Assembly (NCBI GenBank): GCA_965227295.1
Contig: OZ245742.1
Location: forward strand, 4,256,001-4,320,000
Length of the DNA: 64,000 bases
Reading direction: 5' to 3'
Origin: Leptonemataceae bacterium
GTDB lineage: Bacteria; Spirochaetota; Leptospiria; Leptospirales; Leptonemataceae
Part shown: positions 9,992 to 18,949 of the stretch, one piece after another
How the letters are laid out: each line of letters starts with the position of its first letter
Position numbering within the stretch: position 1 is the stretch's first letter
Translations under genes and position numbers: made by a program
Notes under the pieces: model-generated
The model's database searches: none
What the model saw: the letters and a program-made list of their open reading frames with translations, nothing else
What the model was told of the DNA's origin: nothing

Positions 9992-10735
9992 TTATGCATC
10001 ATCCGGTTTACGGGGAAAGATCTTTTTCGGCCCCACTTCCTGGCCGTTCGCGTAGCGGGTCTCGTGGTACAGGCTGCCGTCCGCATGATAGTTCCGCAGC
10101 GGGCCGTCGAGAGCGCCCTTCGTATATCTTTCCTCGCGTTCCAGCGTACCGTCGGGGTAATAGTAACGCCATTGCCCGGCCGGCTGGTCCAGTTCGTAGC
10201 GGCCCTCGTAGGCCTTGTTGCCGTTGGGATGATAACGCACGACCGGGCCGTGCTGGTACCCCGAGTAGAACTCGCCGCGTTCTTCCAGGGAACCGTCGGG
10301 ATAATAACGCCGATACTCGCCGTTCTCGTTGCCGTAGTCCGTGGTGGCGATCAGGCCGAAAAACCGCCGCGGTTCCAGGGCGTAGTCGACGGTGAGATAC
10401 AGTCTACCGCGGCCGTCGTAGTACTTCCAGGTTCCGTCGCGCCAGTTCTGTACGTAGACCCCCTCGGACGTGATGCGCTCGCCGTCGTCCATGTACATCC
10501 GGAACTCGCCGTTGCGAAAGGCCCCCGCGAGCCCGCCCTGTGCGGCCACGTTGCCGTTATCGTAGAAGAGACGAAAGCCGGTATCCGGAGCGGCATGCTG
10601 CCACAGCCCGGTCATACGATCGCGCACGGCATCCTCGGGAACGCCCTCCGGCTTCGGAGGATGGTTGATGCGATCATCGCAATGCGAGAGCGCGAGGGCA
10701 GTTAGTATGATAATGGCTGTGGTTGAGGTTCGCAT
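9992..10735 (-). CDS. MORN-variant repeat (YwqK-like) lipoprotein
   Basis: Lipobox-like LALSHC; repeats G.WKYY..G.L.EEG.Y. Confidence 0.85.
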   Translation of the reverse strand: MRTSTTAIIILTALALSHCDDRINHPPKPEGVPEDAVRDRMTGLWQHAAPDTGFRLFYDNGNVAAQGGLAGAFRNGEFRMYMDDGERITSEGVYVQNWRDGTWKYYDGRGRLYLTVDYALEPRRFFGLIATTDYGNENGEYRRYYPDGSLEERGEFYSGYQHGPVVRYHPNGNKAYEGRYELDQPAGQWRYYYPDGTLEREERYTKGALDGPLRNYHADGSLYHETRYANGQEVGPKKIFPRKPDDA

Positions 10736-10875
10736 AGGAATCTTTCGTACTTCGAGGGCCGAGGTACCGAGGTCAAAAACCGGGGAGCGTATGTAGCCCG
10801 GCTGCTGCCTGAGTTAAGATCATCCTCCCGAAGAAAACCTCGATCCCTCGGTCCTCGGAGTGGACGATCCTGTCC

Positions 10876-11802
10876 TCAGTTCACCCGGAATTCCCGGTTC
10901 GACAGTACGTTCTCTTCGCGGTCGAGGACGCGCAGTTCGTAGTTACCGGGGTCGAGCGGACCCATGAAGTAGATGTAGTTCACCGTCGTCGGCGTGCGGC
11001 GGCCCATGACGGCCTCTTCGCCGCCACCCGTGCGCACGATTTCGATTTTTAAGTAATCGGTAGCGAGTTCGCCCTCTTCCCAATCGAAGCGCACGTAAAC
11101 CGGAGCGCCGGAACTGACGAGGATGGGATCGCGGTCGGCGAAAGACTGCGCGTTGGCGTCGTCGATGTACTCGTTGGCAATGGCCAGGCGATACGTGGGC
11201 GCCGTGAGGTAACCGACGAGGGCGCTACCGCCCCACCACAGCAGTAGAACGAGCACGATGAGTCCGCCGATCCGGGCGATCATGCCCAGGCGGCCCGAAC
11301 CGCCTCCGCCGCCTCCGCCCTCGGTGTAGTCTTCGAGACGGATGTCGCTGCTGACGTTGTAGATGGAGTCTCTGGATTTCGGCATAGATCTGGATGATGA
11401 CGGCCGGGACGGCCGTTCCTCTGCGTAGCCTGTCTGTTGGCTTTCACGGCGCAACTCAATTTCGGAGGCCTGGCCCGCGTCGCTGTCCGCTTCGACCAGC
11501 GTCGCCCCGGACGGCTCCGGCGTTTCCGGCCGGCCCGCGTCGCCGTCCTCGTTCCCTGCGGGATCGGGCTCTCCTGCCGTAGTCTCCGATTCGTCGACCG
11601 GTGCGGCCTGCCCTTCTGCCGGAGCTTCCGTCTCCGGCGGCGATTGTTTCTCGTCGGAGTCCCGGGCCAGGCTCTCCATGAATCCGCGCATATCGGCCGG
11701 GCGCTCCTCTTCGGGAGCTCGCTCTTTGCCGCCGATGGTCTCATCGATGTGATCCTTCGCGGCTTTCTTTAGTTTGCTGAATTTATCGCGCTTCGACGCC
11801 AC
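10876..11802 (-). CDS. Bitopic membrane protein with acidic disordered linker, coupled to ParA
   Basis: GTG at 11802 with GGAGG upstream, overlapping the parA end; MASKRDKFSKLKK, acidic linker, single TM (IGGLIVLVLLLWWGG), beta-rich C-terminal domain. Confidence 0.75.
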   Translation of the reverse strand: MASKRDKFSKLKKAAKDHIDETIGGKERAPEEERPADMRGFMESLARDSDEKQSPPETEAPAEGQAAPVDESETTAGEPDPAGNEDGDAGRPETPEPSGATLVEADSDAGQASEIELRRESQQTGYAEERPSRPSSSRSMPKSRDSIYNVSSDIRLEDYTEGGGGGGGSGRLGMIARIGGLIVLVLLLWWGGSALVGYLTAPTYRLAIANEYIDDANAQSFADRDPILVSSGAPVYVRFDWEEGELATDYLKIEIVRTGGGEEAVMGRRTPTTVNYIYFMGPLDPGNYELRVLDREENVLSNREFRVN

Positions 11803-12562
11803 TGATGACTTCCTCCGTAAACGCCGCGTACTCCGTCGCGGCCTTCGACCGCGGCTGGTACTCGAAGATGGTTTGATGCATGAGATGCGACTCTTCGATG
11901 GCCACCGTTCGGCTGATGCGCGTTGCAAATACGTTGATGTACTCGCCGATGGGTTCCGCCACCGCCTGGGAGATGGCCGTGCGCGCGTTGTGCATGGTGA
12001 TGAGTGCGCCCAGGATTTGCAACTCCGGATTAAAGCGCTTCTGGATGGTATGCGAGGTATCGAGGATGGTCTTGAGGCCGTCCAGGGAAAACTTGGCCGT
12101 CTGCAACGGCACCACGAGATGACTCGCCGCAACGAACGAGTTCACCGTGAGCAGGCCGAGGTTCGGCGGGCAGTCCACGACAATGACGTCGAACTGCGGG
12201 GCGGACGGTTCGTTCAGGGAGTCCAGGGAATCTTTTAATCGGAAGAAGCCGTCCACCGTGCCGGCCAGCAACGTTTCGACATCGGCCAGTTGGACGAGGG
12301 CCGGCAGGATGCCCAGGCCGTCAATGCGCGTGGGCTGCACGATCTCCGCGGCGGGTTTTTTGTCCTTGAAGGCGGCGTAAACGGACTGCTGGTCGCCGGG
12401 TTTTTCTTCTAAGAAAATGGACGTGGTATTCGCCTGGGCGTCCAGGTCCACGATGAGCACGCGTTTGCCCCGGCGCACCAGGCCCGCGGACAGATTGATG
12501 GCCGTCGTCGTTTTACCGACGCCGCCCTTTTGATTGGCGATGCATATGACGGATTCAGGCAT
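11783..12562 (-). CDS. parA: ParA/Soj family ATPase
   Basis: NQKGGVGKTTT deviant Walker A, DLDAQAN, DCPPNLG. Confidence 0.93.
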   Translation of the reverse strand: MPESVICIANQKGGVGKTTTAINLSAGLVRRGKRVLIVDLDAQANTTSIFLEEKPGDQQSVYAAFKDKKPAAEIVQPTRIDGLGILPALVQLADVETLLAGTVDGFFRLKDSLDSLNEPSAPQFDVIVVDCPPNLGLLTVNSFVAASHLVVPLQTAKFSLDGLKTILDTSHTIQKRFNPELQILGALITMHNARTAISQAVAEPIGEYINVFATRISRTVAIEESHLMHQTIFEYQPRSKAATEYAAFTEEVISGVEAR

Positions 12563-12605
12563 TTTCCTGCTTGATCGGAGCCACTGTGCGCGGTTTCCGT
12601 GTTGT

Positions 12606-14057
12606 GTGGCCTACGAACCTGTAATCGGACTGGAAGTACACTGTCAGCTAAAAACGCGCTCGAAGATATTCGCGCCCGACCCGTACGAGTACGGCGCGCC
12701 GGCGAATACCCAGGCGGGGCCGATCACCCTCGGACTGCCCGGTGTGTTGCCCGTGCTGAACGAAGAAGTGCTGCGCCTGGCCATCATGGCGGGCCTGGCG
12801 CTACAGTGCAAGATTCATAACATCACGAAGTTCGACCGGAAGCACTATTTTTACCCCGACCTGCCCAAGGGCTATCAAATCTCCCAGTACGATATGCCCT
12901 ACTGTACCGACGGCCAGGTGTCGTTCCGCAAGAAGGATGCGAGCGAGGACACTCTCGTTCGCGTGCATCGCATTCACATGGAAGAGGACGCCGGCAAACT
13001 GTTGCACTCTTATTCGGGTGGTTCGCCGGCTTCGTACGTGGACCTGAACCGTGCCGGCGTGCCGCTCCTGGAAATCGTCAGCGAACCGGACCTGCGCAGT
13101 TCGGAGGATGCCTATTGGTACTTACAAACCCTGCGCAGCATTTTGAGAAACATCGAGGTGACCGACGGCAACATGGAAGAAGGCTCGCTGCGCTGCGATG
13201 CCAACGTCTCCGTGCGGCCGGGGCCGGATGCTCCGTTCGGCACGCGCGTGGAAATCAAGAACCTGAACTCGTTCAAAGCCGTGCGCGCCGCCATCGATTA
13301 CGAGATCGCACGGCAGTCGTCGGTCCTGGACAGCGGTGGTAAAATCATCCAGTCGACGGTGCTGTGGGACGCGGACAAACGCGAGACGCGGCTCATGCGT
13401 ACGAAAGAAGACGCCGAGGACTACCGCTACTTCCCGGAACCGGACCTGCCCCCGTTTTACATTGCGAACGAACTCATCGACGAGGTTCGTGACAACATGC
13501 CGGAACTCCCGGCGGCCAAGCGCGAACGCTACCGCACCGAGTTCGGCCTGCCCGAGTACGACGCGGACGTGTTGTCCCGGGAACGCGAGACCGCCGACTT
13601 CTTCGAAGAGGTCTGCAGCCTTTCCGGCGATCCGAAGAAATCGTCGAACTGGGTGAAGGACGAGGTGCTCGGCGTACTGAACAAAAACGATCTCACGTTC
13701 GCGGACTTTCCGGTTACTGCAAAGCGTCTGGGGCGGCTGATTGTTCTTTTGAACGAAGGCAAGATCACCAGTCGCCTGGCGAAGCAAATCTTCGAACATA
13801 TTTATGAAGAAAACCTCGATCCGGATGCCGTCATCGAGAAGTACAACTACAAGCCGGTGGATTCCTCGTCCCTGCCGAAGATCGTCGCCGAAGTCATCGA
13901 AGCGAACCCCGATCCGGTGCAGAAGATCCTGGGCGGCAACGACCGCGTCAAAGGCTTCCTGGTCGGTCAGATAATGAAAGCCACGCGCGGCCAGGCACGC
14001 CCGGACGAGGTGAACGCAATGATAGATGAGAAGCTCGCAGAACTGAAGAACGGCTAA
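12606..14057 (+). CDS. gatB: Asp/Glu-tRNA amidotransferase subunit B
   Basis: YEPVIGLEVH, YFYPDLPKGYQISQ, DYRYFPEPDL; GTG start at 12606. Confidence 0.97.
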   Translation: MAYEPVIGLEVHCQLKTRSKIFAPDPYEYGAPANTQAGPITLGLPGVLPVLNEEVLRLAIMAGLALQCKIHNITKFDRKHYFYPDLPKGYQISQYDMPYCTDGQVSFRKKDASEDTLVRVHRIHMEEDAGKLLHSYSGGSPASYVDLNRAGVPLLEIVSEPDLRSSEDAYWYLQTLRSILRNIEVTDGNMEEGSLRCDANVSVRPGPDAPFGTRVEIKNLNSFKAVRAAIDYEIARQSSVLDSGGKIIQSTVLWDADKRETRLMRTKEDAEDYRYFPEPDLPPFYIANELIDEVRDNMPELPAAKRERYRTEFGLPEYDADVLSRERETADFFEEVCSLSGDPKKSSNWVKDEVLGVLNKNDLTFADFPVTAKRLGRLIVLLNEGKITSRLAKQIFEHIYEENLDPDAVIEKYNYKPVDSSSLPKIVAEVIEANPDPVQKILGGNDRVKGFLVGQIMKATRGQARPDEVNAMIDEKLAELKNG

Positions 14058-14248
14058 TCCGCGCGTTGCGGAAAACAAGCCGTCGGTTCAGTATGGATCC
14101 GGACGTGTCCAGGGCCACTCCGCGTTCTTGCCCGCTGGTTAAACATAGTGGACATCGCCGCGCGCCATCCTATCATCGCATTTCGATCAACTTTTTTTAG
14201 AACCTGTTCGGATCGTTTTCGGTCCAACGACGCGGGGGATTCACTCAC

Positions 14249-15928
14249 ATGAGATTACGCTATCTACGCAGAAAGGCCGGGGCCGCACTACTTGCCGGAG
14301 TCGTCGCATTCAGCGGCACGAACTGTACCGGAGGTGGCGGAGACGACGGCTTCGACTTCACCACACTGTTCCTGTTGCTCTTCGCCCAGGCCGCCATCAC
14401 GAACGCGGCGGCCAACTCCACCTGCAATACGATCAGCGATACGTTCTACACGCAGCAGTGGCACCTCAGCAACACCGGCCAGCTCGGCGGCACGTCGGGC
14501 GAAGACGCCAACGTCACGTCCGTCTGGAATTCCGGCCTGTGCGGTAGCGGCGTGGCCATGGCCGTGGTGGACGACGGTCTGGCCATCTCCCACCCGGACC
14601 TGAGCCCGAACGTCACGGCCGGCGCAAGCTACGATTACACCACCGGCGACTCGGATCCCAGTTCTTCGAGCGGGAATCACGGCACCTCCGTGGGGGGCAT
14701 CATGGCGGCACGCTCGAATTCTTTCGGCGTACGCGGCGCCTCGCCCCTCGCCTCGTTGCGCGGTTACAACTATCTGCAAAACGCCACGTCGGCGAACGAG
14801 TCCGACGCCATGACCCGCGACGTCGCAAACGTTCACATCTCCAACAACTCCTGGGGACCGGCGGACCTCTCCGGTAAACTCTCGGACTCCACATCCACCT
14901 GGCGCTCCGCCATCGAAACCGGTCTCAGCACCGGGCGCAGCGGTCTGGGCACGCTCTACTTCTGGGCCGCCGGCAACGGCGATACCAGCGGCAACTTTTC
15001 CGGCATCGATACGGCGAACTTCGACGGTTACGCCAACTACCACGGCGTCATGGCCATCTGCGCCGTCGGCGACGACGGCAAGCGCGCTTCGTACTCGGAG
15101 CAAGGGGCCAACCTGTTGGTCTGTGCCCACTCCCAGGGCACGAGCGGAACGGCCATCGCCACCACCGACAACATCGGCTCCCTCGGTTACAATAGCGGCA
15201 GCAGCTCCAGCAACCTTTCTGACGACGACTACACGAACACCTTTAACGGAACGTCCGCGGCCGCGCCCCTGGCGGCGGGTGTAGCCGGTCTCGTCCTGCA
15301 GGCGAATCCGAACCTCACGTACCGCGATGTGCGCATTATCCTCGCCCAATCGGCGCGAAAGAACGACGCGAGCGATTCGGACTGGGCCACCAACGGCGCG
15401 GGCCTGAACATCAACCACAAGTACGGCTTCGGCACCGTGGACGCGAACGCGGCGGTAACGCTCGCGCGTTCCTGGACGAACGTGGCCTCGCAGGAAACGT
15501 TTACGACGGGCACCAGTTCTCCCAGCGCAACCATCACGGACGGCAGCGCCACCGGGGTAACGAACAACATCGTCGTGAGCGGCAGCAACATTTCGAAGAT
15601 CGAGTTCATCGACGTGAATGTTACGTTCAACCACAACTACTACCGGGACCTGGAAATGATTCTCACCTCTCCGGCCGGCACCACCAGCATCATCCTGAAA
15701 CGCGGCACGACCAGCGGCGCCGCCGACGGTGTCTGCGTGAACCTCAGCTCGTTTACCATCGAACCGAACGGCAACTGCTCGGTGAACACGACCTGGCGTT
15801 TCGGCACCACGCGCCACATGATGGAATCCGCGGACGGCACCTGGTCGCTCCAGGTGCGTGACCAGGGCGCGCGGGGTACCGCAAACGGCACCTTCACCTC
15901 GTGGAACATGAAGTTCTACGGATACTAA
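14249..15928 (+). CDS. S8 kexin/furin-like serine protease with P domain, probable lipoprotein
   Basis: Triad VVDDG / HGT / GTSAAAP, oxyanion AAGN, NHKYGFG, C-terminal P domain; Cys after hydrophobic signal. Confidence 0.93.
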   Translation: MRLRYLRRKAGAALLAGVVAFSGTNCTGGGGDDGFDFTTLFLLLFAQAAITNAAANSTCNTISDTFYTQQWHLSNTGQLGGTSGEDANVTSVWNSGLCGSGVAMAVVDDGLAISHPDLSPNVTAGASYDYTTGDSDPSSSSGNHGTSVGGIMAARSNSFGVRGASPLASLRGYNYLQNATSANESDAMTRDVANVHISNNSWGPADLSGKLSDSTSTWRSAIETGLSTGRSGLGTLYFWAAGNGDTSGNFSGIDTANFDGYANYHGVMAICAVGDDGKRASYSEQGANLLVCAHSQGTSGTAIATTDNIGSLGYNSGSSSSNLSDDDYTNTFNGTSAAAPLAAGVAGLVLQANPNLTYRDVRIILAQSARKNDASDSDWATNGAGLNINHKYGFGTVDANAAVTLARSWTNVASQETFTTGTSSPSATITDGSATGVTNNIVVSGSNISKIEFIDVNVTFNHNYYRDLEMILTSPAGTTSIILKRGTTSGAADGVCVNLSSFTIEPNGNCSVNTTWRFGTTRHMMESADGTWSLQVRDQGARGTANGTFTSWNMKFYGY

Positions 15929-15955
15929 TCTGAGATTCTCAGGAGTTAAGCCATT

Positions 15956-16522
15956 ATGAAACGCAACATCACTCTGAAAATTGCTACGGCGGCCCTGGCC
16001 GCGCTCTTTTTCGTTCCGGCCGTCTTTGCCGAGGACGCAAGCTATACCTGGTACGACGGCGACAAGGCCGTTACGGTCACGCTCCAGGACGATCTCGTCG
16101 CCGAATTCGGCGATTCCGGTGCGGCAAAATCGAAGGACGCGGCGGCACAGATCGTCGGCTTCGCCGGCGGCGTCCGCATCTATCGCGTGAGCGATTCCGG
16201 CGTGCTCGGCAACATCGCGGCGGGCAAGTCCCTGGGAAGCACCACGCTGTCGCCGGTCTTTACGACGAACGCGGGTGAACGCCTGGCCCTGCCCGGCGGC
16301 GTCATCGTTTCGCTGGATCCGGCCTGGTCTCCGGCTCAGTGCGAGGCCTGGGTCAACGACCAGGGACAACTGGTAAAACAAAGACTGCCGATCACCGGTA
16401 ATTTTTACCTGATTTCTTCGGAAGCCGGCTTCGCCAGCCTGGAACTGGCGAACAGCCTGCGCGGCGAAGCGGGTGTCCTGGCCGCGTCTCCGAACTGGTG
16501 GCGCGACGTTCGGGCGAAGTAA
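15956..16522 (+). CDS. Exported protein, probable propeptide-like protease chaperone
   Basis: Signal peptide ending AVFA; SPVF..LPGGVIV..; C-terminus LANSL..V.AASPNW..RAK resembles S8 prodomain ends. Confidence 0.65.
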   Translation: MKRNITLKIATAALAALFFVPAVFAEDASYTWYDGDKAVTVTLQDDLVAEFGDSGAAKSKDAAAQIVGFAGGVRIYRVSDSGVLGNIAAGKSLGSTTLSPVFTTNAGERLALPGGVIVSLDPAWSPAQCEAWVNDQGQLVKQRLPITGNFYLISSEAGFASLELANSLRGEAGVLAASPNWWRDVRAK

Positions 16523-16552
16523 AAAGTAAGCCCCCTGGTTTCGGGGCTCTTC

Positions 16553-16801
16553 TTCTTCGCGCGAGGGATGCGCAGGGGCCCGCCGGGGGCTGACTAAAAA
16601 GTCGTGGGTGACGACGTCGCTATCAAAAAGTGATGCCTGCTAACTTGCAGCTCTTCGCGCCAGGGATTGGAAGGGTCGCGGCGCAGCCGCGAGTCCGGAG
16701 CGCAGCGGAGGACCGAAGCGCGGAGCGCTCCAGACTGGCGCTTCGCGCCAAACTCGCGCCCACATTCTTAACACACAATAATTTTCACTTAGATTCGGGT
16801 C
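16553..16801. repeat. REP-like palindromic cluster with a solo IS end (16585-16602)
   Basis: GGGGGCTGACTAAAAAGT identical to the copy 1 IS end; CTCTTCGCGCCAGGGAT and CACTTAGATTCGGGTC shared with 8702-8751; 16672-16720 matches the reverse complement of 41287-41335. Confidence 0.8.
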
Positions 16802-16810
16802 TTACTCGCA

Positions 16811-17284
16811 CTACCCCATCTCCGCCAACGCATACTTGTATTTCCCCTGCGCCGCCCGCTTCCCGGCCTCGTTGAAAAAATCGCACACGAAGTCGAGGAT
16901 CTGCCCGTCACGCTTCACCAGGAGGGCCTTTGCCGTCACCGTTTCCATCTTTACCGGACGCAGGTACCGCACGGAGGCGTTCACCGTAAGCATGCGCTCG
17001 CTTTCTTTCTCCACGTGGAACAAACACATGATCGCCGTCAGGGTATCGCCCACCGTAAAGTAACAACCGCCGTGCATGAAGCCGTGCAACGCACGGTTGC
17101 CCTGCGATGACGGGATGCGCGCCTCGGCCGCATCGCCGCTCAGTTGCGTCATCTCCATGCCCGTCGCGGCCGGGAAGCACTGGTCGATGAGGTGCTGGGC
17201 GCGTTCTTCGAAGCTCCCGTCGCTCCTCAGGGTGAACATTTCTTTCGGTACAATGTGCTGGATCAATTCGTCGACGTTCGGCAT
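16811..17284 (-). CDS. PaaI family hotdog-fold thioesterase
   Basis: N..HGFMHGG..D motif, TVNASVRYLRP; start MPNVDEL. Confidence 0.88.
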   Translation of the reverse strand: MPNVDELIQHIVPKEMFTLRSDGSFEERAQHLIDQCFPAATGMEMTQLSGDAAEARIPSSQGNRALHGFMHGGCYFTVGDTLTAIMCLFHVEKESERMLTVNASVRYLRPVKMETVTAKALLVKRDGQILDFVCDFFNEAGKRAAQGKYKYALAEMG

Positions 17285-17303
17285 GGTTTGCTCCGGGTCC
17301 AAA

Positions 17304-17351
17304 AGGACAAGTCTGTCCTCCCACGGTTTCAGAAAAGGACAGATCTGTCCT
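17304..17351. promoter_or_regulatory. Two tandem TetR-type operator palindromes
   Basis: AGGACAAGTCTGTCCT (17304-17319) and perfect AGGACAGATCTGTCCT (17336-17351) between divergent paaI-like and tetR genes. Confidence 0.8.
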
Positions 17352-17395
17352 CTATTTTTTGTAGCCGCGGCTTCCCCCCGCCGAAAAATATGATT

Positions 17396-18010
17396 ATGGC
17401 ACGGAGCTACCGAGACCCGGACGGCGAGGACGAGCTGCACGCCCTGTCCGCGGCCCGCGCGGCCCCGGGTCCCGGCGAACGCATCCTGGCGACGGCCCGG
17501 GCCCTTTTCTACGAACAGGGCTACGCTCAGACCGGCATCAACGAGGTCATCGATCGTTCCCAGGCTTCGAAGACGAGTTTCTACGCCCACTTTCCGGGCA
17601 AAACAAAACTCGGCGAGGCATATCTCCTGGAAGAAGATCGGCGGCGCGAACGTTTCTTCGCGGAACTCAAGGATCGCAACTACCGCGCCTTCGTTCGCGC
17701 CTGGGTCCTGGCATTGAAAGAGGACGCGCGCTCCGGCAATTTCTTCGGCTGCGCCTTCGCCGATACCCGGGCGCAAAGCTCCGGCGAATTCGATGCACTC
17801 CTGCAAGAAGCGATGGAGAGCTGGCGATCCGACCTGGCGGCCTATCTTACGAAATGCGATCTGCAACTTTCCCGGGCGGCGGCACGCAAACACAGCGCGC
17901 TCATGCTGATGCAGTACGAAGGGGCCGTGCACATGTGGCGGCTCAGCGGTGATGGGAAGTACTTCGATTACTTCGAAGAGTTGCTTCTGCGTCTGGGCGC
18001 GAGTTCATAA
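17396..18010 (+). CDS. TetR/AcrR family regulator
   Basis: RILATARALFYEQGYAQTGINEVI..SKTSFYAHFPGK helix-turn-helix. Confidence 0.92.
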   Translation: MARSYRDPDGEDELHALSAARAAPGPGERILATARALFYEQGYAQTGINEVIDRSQASKTSFYAHFPGKTKLGEAYLLEEDRRRERFFAELKDRNYRAFVRAWVLALKEDARSGNFFGCAFADTRAQSSGEFDALLQEAMESWRSDLAAYLTKCDLQLSRAAARKHSALMLMQYEGAVHMWRLSGDGKYFDYFEELLLRLGASS

Positions 18011-18943
18011 GAGATCGCGGATTTTTTTTAGCGCGCGTTCGCCGGCGCGTTTGCCCATTTCGAAAGTCTCGCGCACGCCCTGCGCGTTGGAATAGTCCCA
18101 GACGTCGATGGGCAGATCGCGCTCCGGACAGATGTAGACGATGTCCCGGCCGGCGTCGTCGCCGGTACGCTCGTAGAAGTGTCGGGTCATGTGCGCGTCG
18201 TCATAGTAGACGCCGACGATGAGATCCTCTCGCGGGAGCAGAGAGATGGGCAGGTTGTTGGTGATCCCGCCGTCCAGGTAATAGTTACCGTCGTCCAATT
18301 TTTGAAAGCGCACCAGCGGCGGCACGGAGCTGGCGGCGAGCACCACGTCTTCGACATGCCGCGGCGTGGTAAGATGATCTTTGGAAAACACGGTTTCTTC
18401 GAGGCCTTCTTCTTCGGCGAGCGGTCGCATGCACGGCCGATAGATGCCCTGCGCGGCCAGTTGCAATTCTCGCCGATACGCACGGATGACGCGTGTGACC
18501 AGCCGATAGCGCTGCAGGCGCCGCTCGGGCGGATACAATTCCGGCGGGACACGCAGGGCGTTCACGGCGAGTTCGATTTTCGAAGCGCGCACGCGATCAA
18601 AGTCGGTGTAACCGGCGACGGCGCTGCGGTACATGCGCTCGTGGGGCCAGGGGCGTTTGCCCAGGATGAGCCGGCTCCAATAAAAATTCGAACGATTGCG
18701 GAGCGTAATGGCGCAGAAGTAGCGCACGACTTCCTCGGCCGTGCCGCTGATGAGCGCCATGGCCATGGCTGATCCGGCCGAAGTACCGCTGATGCGACGA
18801 ACCGGCAGGCCGGCGCGCAGAAGGACCTGGCCGACGCCGAGGGCGAAGAAGGCCTTGCAGCCGCCGCCCGCAAGAGCCAGGCTCACCCGGCGGCCGAAGA
18901 ACGCGCTGTAGAGACGCCGGCCGATGCTTCGCAGTCGCTGCAT
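18005..18943 (-). CDS. Patatin-like phospholipase
   Basis: LAGGG, GTSAG and DGG motifs; GAGG RBS before ATG 18943. Confidence 0.9.
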   Translation of the reverse strand: MQRLRSIGRRLYSAFFGRRVSLALAGGGCKAFFALGVGQVLLRAGLPVRRISGTSAGSAMAMALISGTAEEVVRYFCAITLRNRSNFYWSRLILGKRPWPHERMYRSAVAGYTDFDRVRASKIELAVNALRVPPELYPPERRLQRYRLVTRVIRAYRRELQLAAQGIYRPCMRPLAEEEGLEETVFSKDHLTTPRHVEDVVLAASSVPPLVRFQKLDDGNYYLDGGITNNLPISLLPREDLIVGVYYDDAHMTRHFYERTGDDAGRDIVYICPERDLPIDVWDYSNAQGVRETFEMGKRAGERALKKIRDLL

Positions 18944-18949
18944 ACCTCG

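Noticed and set aside
11803..12132. N-terminal extension of the 418-aa ORF
   Set aside because: Overlaps parA in another frame; GTG 11802 has a good RBS
14288..16381. 697-aa minus-strand ORF
   Set aside because: Antisense shadow of the S8 protease and its partner; expected in high-GC DNA and has no motifs
16553..16801. CRISPR array
   Set aside because: No regularly spaced identical repeats with unique spacers and no cas genes
17285..17932. Extension of the 373-aa ORF suggesting a larger thioesterase fusion
   Set aside because: Antisense to tetR and crosses the operator region; thioesterase starts at 17284
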